A DNA stretch of 64,000 nt from Patescibacteria group bacterium. GTDB lineage: Bacteria; Patescibacteriota; JABMPQ01; JAQVVF01. Below are positions 47,394 through 54,986 of the stretch, one piece after another; position 1 is the first letter of the stretch; every line of letters starts with the position of its first letter. The DNA lies in NCBI GenBank assembly GCA_041662665.1, contig JBAZSC010000001.1, positions 1,511 through 65,510 on the forward strand, given 5' to 3'. Position numbers and translations under genes: made by a program. The notes under the pieces are model-generated. The model saw only the letters and a program-made list of their open reading frames with translations, did no database searches and had not been told where the DNA came from.

Positions 47394-47954
47394 ATGGAAA
47401 ACAAAGCTCGAAAAGCAGCGATCGTTTTGTCAGCTGTTGCTTTTGCACTTGTGCTCACTGGAGCAGGTTGCAAAAAAAGTTCAACAGAGACTGCTACAAC
47501 AACAGAAAAAAATTGGACATCATCAACTGAAAAAGGCTCAATTCCAGACAAAGCAATTTCTGGAAAAATCAATGGCAAGAATGTTACAATCGCAAATGTA
47601 GCAATTACTAAATTTGACGGTAAGTATGATTGGGCTTTTTCAAATCAGGCTCCATCAGAAGCATGCGGAGTAGTAACAGGCAATGATGCAGTAAATATTA
47701 GCATGAAGACATTACAAAAAGGCACATTTGAAAAAACTGTTAGCGAAGAATTACCTTTCAATGATTACAGCTCATACTATTATTACAACCAAGAAAATGG
47801 CACACCAATGAGCATTAACACAAATTGGGATGCAAAAGTTGTAATCACAAATATTGATGAAGCAGCAAAGAAAGTAACAGGCTTTGCAAAAATCAGCTAT
47901 GATGATACAAAGACAGAAATTTCTGGCGCATTTACTGCTGACCTTTGCGAGTAA
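47394..47954 (+). CDS. putative lipoprotein
   Basis: 186 aa; signal peptide ...LVLTGAGC lipobox-like. Confidence 0.5.
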   Translation: MENKARKAAIVLSAVAFALVLTGAGCKKSSTETATTTEKNWTSSTEKGSIPDKAISGKINGKNVTIANVAITKFDGKYDWAFSNQAPSEACGVVTGNDAVNISMKTLQKGTFEKTVSEELPFNDYSSYYYYNQENGTPMSINTNWDAKVVITNIDEAAKKVTGFAKISYDDTKTEISGAFTADLCE

Positions 47955-48165
47955 AAAAAGTTAAATAAGTTAGACTAGTTAGACTAGTTAAATAAAAAAG
48001 GCGAGCAATTTTGCTCGTCTTTTCGTTTATGTTTGCTAGAATCGGCTAAGGTTGGAGTGAGATTTAATGAAAAATCTTTTTAAAGATCAATCATTTAAAC
48101 CTTAGCCAGTTTTAGAAAACGAGTTTACCAGTAACTAGTAATTAGTAACTAGTAACTCGAATTAC

Positions 48166-48208
48166 GATTCTCACAATCTTGAAATTTCTTTCAAGACTCT
48201 GAGAATCC
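48166..48208. repeat. degenerate TIR element (gattctcacaatcttgaaa...tttcaagactctgagaatc)
   Basis: diverged member of the gatcctcacaattttggaa...ttccaaagctgtgaggatc family. Confidence 0.45.
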
Positions 48209-48295
48209 GCCAGCATAATATAATAAAAATATGAATAATCGCTAGCGGAATAATGTGCTTCTTAGGGAACAAAATATTAGGGAACAAAATTCTTT

Positions 48296-48556
48296 CTAGG
48301 AATGGTAAACGTACCCCTTTCCATCCATATCCCAGACGTAGATCTTCCAGCCGTCAACGTTGTCCTTAGCCGTCGACACCATCGGGTAGGAGCTGTTCAG
48401 GATGGTCATCTCGAGCATCCCGTACAGAACGATCGCCATCGGGTAGTTCTTGTGGTAGCACGAGGGCACGTACCCGACCTCCTGGACACACGCGATGGCT
48501 TTCTGGTAGAGAACAAATCCAAGCGCGTCCAGTCCGTTCACCTGGTTCGTGATCAT
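48296..48556 (-). CDS. hypothetical protein (86 aa), GC-rich cargo gene
   Basis: GGAGAGG RBS; palindromic operator-like agcatcatg...catgatgct upstream; bounded by TIR elements. Confidence 0.45.
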   Translation of the reverse strand: MITNQVNGLDALGFVLYQKAIACVQEVGYVPSCYHKNYPMAIVLYGMLEMTILNSSYPMVSTAKDNVDGWKIYVWDMDGKGYVYHS

Positions 48557-48655
48557 CTGCCTCTCCGTTGCCTGTTCTCACAGGCTCAAGTGGCTGCACT
48601 TGCAGCATCATGATGACATTTTATCAGCATGATGCTACAAGTCAGATGTTTTAAA

Positions 48656-48719
48656 GATCCTCACAATTTTGGAAACTAGTAGAGAGTAATACACTCATGT
48701 TCCAAAGCTGTGGGGATCC
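48656..48719. repeat. MITE-like element with terminal inverted repeats gatcctcacaattttggaa / ttccaaagctgtggggatc
   Basis: 64 bp; longer family members at 48920-49016, 49674-49790, 50026-50100. Confidence 0.65.
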
Positions 48720-48809
48720 TGCAAAACTTACGTCTTACAGGAAAGGTACAATCGCCGAGAGAGGATCTCGACTTCCCGTTGCCCTATTCGTAGAATCAGG
48801 CATTGGGCA
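48720..48809. repeat. 90-bp repeat 'B' (tgcaaaacttacgtcttacaggaaaggtacaatcgccgagagaggatctcgacttcccgttgccctattcgtagaatcaggcattgggca), copy 1
   Basis: identical copy at 49791-49880; each abuts the 3' end of a minus-strand small-peptide ORF. Confidence 0.7.
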
Positions 48810-48817
48810 ATCAATGT

Positions 48818-48901
48818 TCAGGCGAGTAAACCGTACAAGCACGCAGAAGCAATGATGAGGGCGAAAAGAAATACACCATCAAGCACCAGATTCTTGATCA
48901 T
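48818..48901 (-). CDS. small hydrophobic peptide (27 aa) MIKNLVLDGVFLFALIIASACLYGLLA, type I toxin-like
   Basis: CAGGAGGAACGACAA RBS; single TM helix; stop immediately adjacent to repeat B. Confidence 0.35.
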   Translation of the reverse strand: MIKNLVLDGVFLFALIIASACLYGLLA

Positions 48902-48919
48902 TTGTCGTTCCTCCTGAAA

Positions 48920-49016
48920 GATCCTCACAATTTTGGAACAAGAGATTTCAGAAGGGGAAGGGATTTCCTTCCGACCTCCGACATCCGATTTCCGATTTCC
49001 AAAGCTGTGAGAATCC
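48920..49016. repeat. MITE-like TIR element (long form with internal ccgacctccgacatccgatttccgatttcc word block)
   Basis: same termini as 48656-48719. Confidence 0.65.
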
Positions 49017-49273
49017 GCCAGAAAAAATAATTGAATATTTTACTAGCGGAGAAAGTACCAACAATAATAATGAGCACAGGTGGTCCATTCTTCCGAGTCC
49101 TCCGCCTTCTGCTACAACTCAAGCTCTGCTTGGTCGTCGTATGCAGATTAAGGCTGAACCTTGAGGACGAACAAAGCCTTACAGCTTTGCCCTTCTCGGA
49201 CCGCGGGTTTTGCAGGGAACCCATGGTTAAACCCTCCAGCAAGTCTTAACGCTCTTGCTGGTAGCGTGACACA

Positions 49274-49534
49274 CTACTTTTCGTCCATCTTGAACGAAAA
49301 GTCGTGGACTCCACCAAGCTTATCCTGCACCCTGACGTACAGAGTGCCGTAAGTGGGGATCCGACCCGCCGTGCACGCGTATGTGCGGCTCTCGACGTTT
49401 CCCGAGGCGAACAGACTCGCCTCGCGGATGATGTTCCTTCCCTCCTCCGCCAGGAACCAGGTCCTGGCGATCTCGCCCGTCCAACCGGGCATTGGTCCAC
49501 CGACCAACGCCAAACACTCATCCATCCTCGTCAT
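49274..49534 (-). CDS. hypothetical protein (86 aa), GC-rich cargo gene
   Basis: GAAGGAGAG RBS + ATG; imperfect 45-bp palindrome aatcaccatcataatgattattgagtaatcaacataatggtgatt upstream; overlapping alternative-frame ORFs judged spurious. Confidence 0.45.
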   Translation of the reverse strand: MTRMDECLALVGGPMPGWTGEIARTWFLAEEGRNIIREASLFASGNVESRTYACTAGRIPTYGTLYVRVQDKLGGVHDFSFKMDEK

Positions 49535-49673
49535 AAAACTCTCCTTCGCCCTTTTTTAGGGCGGCTTGCCTCCAGATTGACACCGAGTGAAATCTCGGTA
49601 TGGTCACTCTGTCGGCTCTTTTCAATCACCATCATAATGATTATTGAGTAATCAACATAATGGTGATTAAAAA

Positions 49674-49790
49674 ATATTTTAAAGATCCTCACAATTTTGG
49701 AAACTAGTAGAACAAGGGATTTCAGAAGGGGAAGGGATTTCCTTCCGACTTCCGACATCCGATTTCCGATTTCCAAAGCTGTGGGGATCC
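49674..49790. repeat. MITE-like TIR element (long form)
   Basis: gatcctcacaattttggaaactagtagaacaagggatttcagaaggggaagggatttccttccgacttccgacatccgatttccgatttccaaagctgtggggatcc. Confidence 0.65.
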
Positions 49791-49880
49791 TGCAAAACTT
49801 ACGTCTTACAGGAAAGGTACAATCGCCGAGAGAGGATCTCGACTTCCCGTTGCCCTATTCGTAGAATCAGGCATTGGGCA
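49791..49880. repeat. 90-bp repeat 'B', copy 2 (identical to 48720-48809)
   Basis: read directly. Confidence 0.7.
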
Positions 49881-49889
49881 GGAGTTAGC

Positions 49890-50009
49890 TCAGTGATTGA
49901 TGAAATACCACATGAGGTAGGAGACGACCATCCCAACGCCTACGCCGGCGAGGAATGTGACTGCGAGTTTTGCCTTCAAGGGCAACAGATCCCATTCGCT
50001 CTGTGGCAT
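49890..50009 (-). CDS. small hydrophobic peptide (39 aa) MPQSEWDLLPLKAKLAVTFLAGVGVGMVVSYLMWYFINH, type I toxin-like
   Basis: TAGGAGGGCGTC RBS; one TM helix with aromatic C-terminus; stop abuts repeat B. Confidence 0.35.
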   Translation of the reverse strand: MPQSEWDLLPLKAKLAVTFLAGVGVGMVVSYLMWYFINH

Positions 50010-50025
50010 GACGCCCTCCTAGTTT

Positions 50026-50100
50026 GAATCCTCACAATTTTGGAATAGTTTCCGACTTCCGAAGCTCTAAAGCTCCGACGTTCCAAAGCTGTGAGGATCC
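50026..50100. repeat. MITE-like TIR element
   Basis: gaatcctcacaattttggaatagtttccgacttccgaagctctaaagctccgacgttccaaagctgtgaggatcc. Confidence 0.6.
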
Positions 50101-50339
50101 GGCAAAATATAAATAACAAAGTATTAAATAGATTGCCGAAAAAGAAAGGGTGCCCTATTTCAATACCGCTTGCGCAGTAAAGAAACAAAGCGTCCTAGAG
50201 TATATGCCATTTCACTGGCTAGCTAGTCAAAAACAAGGCGTTTTTGACGGATGCGCTAGCGAAGTGAAAAGTTCATAAAGTCCATAAAGCTATAAAGTAC
50301 GGAAAGCTGGCAAGCATCAGAATCAGTTCGTGGAAGAAT

Positions 50340-50440
50340 CAGATATCAGAGTTCAACGCTCTGACGTTCAGACGCTCCGAAGTCCCGACGTTCCGAAGCT
50401 CCCACGCTCCCACGCTCCCACGTCCAACCTCCCAGGTTTT
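50340..50440. repeat. GC-rich word repeat (gttcaacgctctgacgttcagacgctccgaagtcccgacgttccgaagctcccacgctcccacgctcccacg)
   Basis: same word family as 16402-16548. Confidence 0.5.
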
Positions 50441-50804
50441 GTCCCAAAAAAATAGGACAAGCCAATATTTGAAAGAGTGATCAAATACTGACTTGTCCGA
50501 ATTTAGCTTCTTCAAGTTACTAGTTACTAGTAACTAGTAACTAGCTCGCTTGGATCTCACTCCAATATTTTGCTTTTTGCCACATTTCGTGACAATAAGC
50601 TATATTCACTTTTAAATAACAATTTTTATTGTATAATCTATTATACGCTAGTATTGTTATTTTGTCAAGGGTATTTCCAAAATATCAATTGTTTTTGGCT
50701 TATTTAAAGCAAATTAAAAATTAGATTTCTTATATATTTTACATAATAAATTATATACAATATATGCTTGATTTATTTTTGAAATGTATTAAAATAAGAA
50801 CTGA

Positions 50805-50875
50805 CGGGGTGTAGTATACCGGTAGTACACGTGCTTTGGGAGCATGTAGACAGGGTTCAATTCCCTGCACCCCGA
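50805..50875 (+). tRNA. tRNA-Pro (anticodon TGG)
   Basis: cggggtg tagtataccggtagtac...ttTGGga...agggttcaattccct caccccg a. Confidence 0.8.
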
Positions 50876-50893
50876 AAATAATAACTAAATAAA

Positions 50894-51577
50894 ATGAAGT
50901 CTCTAAGCCTTCGGCAAGAAATAATTACTTACCGAAAAAGTGGCTATTCCTACGGGATGATTAGCAAAAAATTTGGTTTATCAAAAAGTACCCTTAGTAC
51001 CTGGCTTAAAGAGATTCCATATACACCTAATAAAGAAGTTATTGATAGAATTGGAAATGCTCGTATGCAATCTGCCACATCGAAGCACAATCAGATGATG
51101 GCTGATATACAAAAAATGAGAAAAGTTGCAAAGGATGAATTAGGAAAATTATCAAAAAGAGATTTATGGATGCTTGGAATCGGTCTTTACATAGGTGAAG
51201 GCAATAAAGCATATGAACAAATAAGATTAACCAATTCCGATCCAAAAATCATACTATTAGCATTAGAATGGTTTAGAACGTTTTGCAATCTTAAAGAAGA
51301 AAATTTTAGAATTAGAATACATATTTATCCAGACATAGTTCCTGATGAAGCACTTAAATATTGGTCAAAAATAACAGGTCTCGCTGAAAAAAATTTTGAT
51401 AAAATTCAAATTGATAGACGTACTAATAAAGTAGCCAAAAAAAGAAGAACGCTTCCATTCGGCACAATTCAAATAGTTATAAAAAGTAATGGTAAGAAAG
51501 AATTCGGAAAAAGTCTTCATCGAAGAATCATGGGTTGGATTGATAATTCTTTAGAACAAATAAATGTGCGGGTGTAA
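50894..51577 (+). CDS. HTH-domain protein with LAGLIDADG-like motif, paralog 2; 3' end embedded in tRNA-Gly
   Basis: 227 aa; HTH GYSYGMISKKFGLSKSTLSTWLK; LGIGLYIGEGNK motif; C-terminal ...QINVRV* = aatgtgcgggtgtaa overlapping the tRNA-Gly(TCC) acceptor stem; homologous over the full length to 27459..28130. Confidence 0.5.
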   Translation: MKSLSLRQEIITYRKSGYSYGMISKKFGLSKSTLSTWLKEIPYTPNKEVIDRIGNARMQSATSKHNQMMADIQKMRKVAKDELGKLSKRDLWMLGIGLYIGEGNKAYEQIRLTNSDPKIILLALEWFRTFCNLKEENFRIRIHIYPDIVPDEALKYWSKITGLAEKNFDKIQIDRRTNKVAKKRRTLPFGTIQIVIKSNGKKEFGKSLHRRIMGWIDNSLEQINVRV

Positions 51578-51638
51578 TTTAATGGTAAAATATCTCTTTT
51601 CCAAAGAGATTACAGGAGTTCGATTCTCCTTACCCGCT
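51568..51638 (+). tRNA. tRNA-Gly (anticodon TCC)
   Basis: gcgggtg taatttaatggtaaaata tctct ttTCCaa agaga...aggagttcgattctcct tacccgc t. Confidence 0.75.
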
Positions 51639-51779
51639 TATTAAATATTAAAAATTTCAAATTTTAAAACAGCATTTAACTCGCTGTTTTTTATTAACAA
51701 AAAACATAATTAATAACATTTTCCATAAAATAATTATTATGTTATAATAATTCAAAAGACTACCATATCAAAAACAAAA

Positions 51780-53513
51780 ATGAATTTAACAAAAGAACAG
51801 CTTGTCCATATTCTAGTTGAGACTAAGATGATTGAGGAAACAAAGTTAGACGAGCTGATTGCAACAGCAAAAAAAGAAAATCAAAAAATTGAAAACGTTT
51901 TAATTTCATCTGGAATTATCAATGAAACTCTTTTATCGCAAAAATATGCTGAAAGTATCGGTGTGCCTTATGTAGATTTAACAAAGATTTCAGTTAGAAA
52001 AGATTTATTATTCCAAATTCCAGAAAGAATTGCTATCGCGAATAATGTTGTTATTTTTGATGAGTCAGAAGAAGGCATAAAAATCGCCATGACAGATCCA
52101 GAAGACTTGCAAACTATTGAATTTATCAAAAAACAAATTCCTGGAAAAAGACTTCAAGTTTATCTTGCTACAAAACAAGGAATGCTTTCAGTTTTAAAAC
52201 AATACAAAAAAGGTTTACAAGCTGAATTTAATGAAATAATTGATCAAAGTTTAGCAGCAACAAAAACTTCAGAAAAAGATTTAAAAAAAATGGCTGCCAA
52301 TCTTCCAATCGTTAGAATTGTTGATACTTTGTTAGAACATGCTGTTTTACAAAATGCCAGCGATATACATATTGAGCCATTAGAAAAAAAGGCAATAGTT
52401 CGTTATCGAATTGATGGCATTCTTCATGATGTTATCGTCTTGCCAAAAGAAATCATGCCAGGCATTGTTGCTAGAATAAAAATATTAGCTAATTTAAAAA
52501 TTGATGAACATCGTCTTCCTCAAGATGGACGTTTCAAAGTAGAAAAAGAAGGCTACAAATTTTCTTTTCGTGTTTCTATCTTGCCAGTCTTTGATGGTGA
52601 AAAAATAGTCATGCGTTTATTATCAGAATCTACTGAAGTTTTAACATTAGAACAACTTGGCTTGCAACACGATGCCTTAAAAAAAGTAAAACTCAACATT
52701 CAAAAACCATATGGAATGGTTTTGATCACAGGTCCAACAGGTTCAGGAAAGACTACTACTCTTTACGCCATTATGGGAATTTTAAATACTCCAGAAGTAA
52801 ATATTTCAACAATCGAAGATCCAATTGAATATCGAATGCCAAGAATTAGTCAAAGCCAAGTCAAACCAAAAATTGGCTTCACTTTTGCCAATGGACTTCG
52901 CGCTCTTCTTCGTCAAGATCCAGATATTATTATGGTTGGAGAAATCAGAGATACTGAAACAGCAGGAATGGCAATCAATTCTGCTTTAACTGGTCATCTT
53001 GTATTATCAACACTTCACACTAACGATGCCTCAAGTGCTCCAACTAGACTTATTGATATGGGTGCAAAACCATTTTTAGTTACTTCAACTTTGAATGTCG
53101 TCATTGCCCAACGTTTAGTCAGAAAAATTTGCACTAATTGTATTGAAAAATACAAACTAGACAAATCAATTATCAAGGTTTTAGATAAAGAATTTGGAAT
53201 TGACCATCTAATGGAAGCACTACTAAAAAGCAAAATTACCACAAAACCAAAACCAATTGAAGAAATAGAATTTTCCAGAGGCAAAGGCTGTGATCAATGC
53301 AATCAAGAAGGCTACAAAGGCAGAATCGGAATTTACGAAGTCTTCGAAACTTCTCCAAAGATCAATGAACTCATTTTAGCAGATGCTGAAACCTCCAAAA
53401 TAAGCAAACAAGCTCAAGATGAGGGAATGTTGACAATGGCTCAAGACGGTTTTGTCAAAGCAGTTACTGGGATCACTTCAATTGATGAAATACTCAAGGT
53501 TACTAAGGATTAA
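51780..53513 (+). CDS. pilB: type IV pilus assembly ATPase PilB (GspE family)
   Basis: 577 aa; N-terminal GspII domains; Walker A GPTGSGKTTTLYA; Asp and His boxes; tetracysteine CTNC...CDQC. Confidence 0.9.
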   Translation: MNLTKEQLVHILVETKMIEETKLDELIATAKKENQKIENVLISSGIINETLLSQKYAESIGVPYVDLTKISVRKDLLFQIPERIAIANNVVIFDESEEGIKIAMTDPEDLQTIEFIKKQIPGKRLQVYLATKQGMLSVLKQYKKGLQAEFNEIIDQSLAATKTSEKDLKKMAANLPIVRIVDTLLEHAVLQNASDIHIEPLEKKAIVRYRIDGILHDVIVLPKEIMPGIVARIKILANLKIDEHRLPQDGRFKVEKEGYKFSFRVSILPVFDGEKIVMRLLSESTEVLTLEQLGLQHDALKKVKLNIQKPYGMVLITGPTGSGKTTTLYAIMGILNTPEVNISTIEDPIEYRMPRISQSQVKPKIGFTFANGLRALLRQDPDIIMVGEIRDTETAGMAINSALTGHLVLSTLHTNDASSAPTRLIDMGAKPFLVTSTLNVVIAQRLVRKICTNCIEKYKLDKSIIKVLDKEFGIDHLMEALLKSKITTKPKPIEEIEFSRGKGCDQCNQEGYKGRIGIYEVFETSPKINELILADAETSKISKQAQDEGMLTMAQDGFVKAVTGITSIDEILKVTKD

Positions 53514-53669
53514 AATCCTAAATCCTAAATCCTAAATAAATACAAATGACCAAAAATTAAAGGTCCAAAAGGTTTTGAAAATTTGGAATTTAGATTTTGA
53601 ATTTGTTTAGAAGTTAAAAGCGACCTTAGAAGCTTTTAACGAAATTAGTGCTTAGAATTTATTGAAGTT

Positions 53670-54887
53670 ATGCCAAAGTTTAGCTATCTAGCCAGAGATA
53701 ATCAAGGTAATATTAAAAGAGGCGAATTAATTGCGCCTAATGAAACATCCTTAGCAAAAGTTTTAAGAAGCAAAGGTCTTCTTTTAACGCACGCCGAAAG
53801 CGAACAAGCAAAAAAAGCCTTTTTTAATAAGAATATTTCAGGTTTTCTTGGAAAAATTACTATAACCGACAAAATTCTTTTCACTAGAAACATGCAAGTC
53901 ATGATTAAGGCTGGCTTGCCAATTTCTAAAGCACTAGAAATTCTTGTGAAACAGACATCCAAAAAAAATTTTAAAGCAATAATTTCTGATATCTCAAATA
54001 ATGTTCAAAAAGGTCGAAGTTTTGCAGATAGTTTAGCTCTTTATCCAAAAGTTTTTCCGCCATTATATGTTAATATGATTAAAGTTGGAGAAATTGGTGG
54101 AGAATTGGAAAAAGTATTAGACCAGCTTGCAACACAAATGAAAAAAGACAGCGATCTTTTATCTAACATAAAATCAGCAATGATCTATCCAGTAATTATC
54201 TTAACTTTAATGATTGCAGTAATTATTATCATGATTATCTTTGTATTGCCTGAACTTGCTAATGTTTTTCGAGATATCCAAGCTGATTTACCTCTTACAA
54301 CAAGAATGATTATTGGCTTCTCTGATTTTATCAGTAAATATGGAATTTATGTCGCTATCGGCATTGTCGCTTTAGGTTTTACAATCTATATAATTCTAAG
54401 AACAAAAGAAGGACACAGAAATTTTCACAAATTAATATTGATTATTCCAGTTTTGGGACCAAACGTAAAAAAAGTTAATCTTGCTCGTTTTGCTAGAACT
54501 ACTAGTACGTTGTTAACAAGTGGTGTTCCAATTATTAACACTTTAAATATTACTGGTGAAGTCTTAGGTAATGCTATGTATAAAGAAGCCGTACTTGCTG
54601 CTGGTTCTGAAGTTAAAAAAGGTTTGCGTTTAGTTGAAGTTTTAGACCAAAATAAAAAATTATTTCCTCCTCTTATTACACAAATGGTTGCTGTTGGCGA
54701 GGAAACAGGCAATTTAGACAATATTTTAAAAGACGTTGCTGATTTCTACGAAACTGATGTTACTCGCACTACAGAAAATTTATCTTCAATTATCGAACCT
54801 ATTTTAATGATAACTTTAGGAATCGGTGTCGCTGTCATGGCTGTTGCTATAGTTTCACCAATTTACTCGATGATGGAAAAGATCTAA
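53670..54887 (+). CDS. pilC: type IV pilus assembly platform protein PilC (GspF family)
   Basis: 405 aa; duplicated GspF domains with 3 TM helices. Confidence 0.88.
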   Translation: MPKFSYLARDNQGNIKRGELIAPNETSLAKVLRSKGLLLTHAESEQAKKAFFNKNISGFLGKITITDKILFTRNMQVMIKAGLPISKALEILVKQTSKKNFKAIISDISNNVQKGRSFADSLALYPKVFPPLYVNMIKVGEIGGELEKVLDQLATQMKKDSDLLSNIKSAMIYPVIILTLMIAVIIIMIIFVLPELANVFRDIQADLPLTTRMIIGFSDFISKYGIYVAIGIVALGFTIYIILRTKEGHRNFHKLILIIPVLGPNVKKVNLARFARTTSTLLTSGVPIINTLNITGEVLGNAMYKEAVLAAGSEVKKGLRLVEVLDQNKKLFPPLITQMVAVGEETGNLDNILKDVADFYETDVTRTTENLSSIIEPILMITLGIGVAVMAVAIVSPIYSMMEKI

Positions 54888-54986
54888 CGCTAATTCCTAA
54901 TTTCTAAACACTTTAGGGTTAACGATGTTTTAAAATTAAAGCATTAAAAATTTAATAAAAATTAGAAATTATAAATTGAAAATTAG

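Noticed and set aside
49023-49273. Structured ncRNA (tmRNA / SRP RNA / RNase P RNA) in the GC-rich non-coding stretch
   Set aside because: None of the three signatures was seen: no tRNA-like acceptor/T-arm plus tag-peptide frame, no SRP domain-IV motif (GGAAGGAAGCAGC-like), and no RNase P P4 motifs. The GC-richness is more simply explained as part of the acquired island.
48160-50110. Integron cassette array with attC sites
   Set aside because: The cassette-like layout is suggestive. However no R''/R' core sites (RYYYAAC / GTTRRRY) are found in the inverted repeats, no intI gene is present, and the cargo ORF orientation relative to the elements is not uniform. It is kept as a MITE-like/TA-like hypothesis instead.
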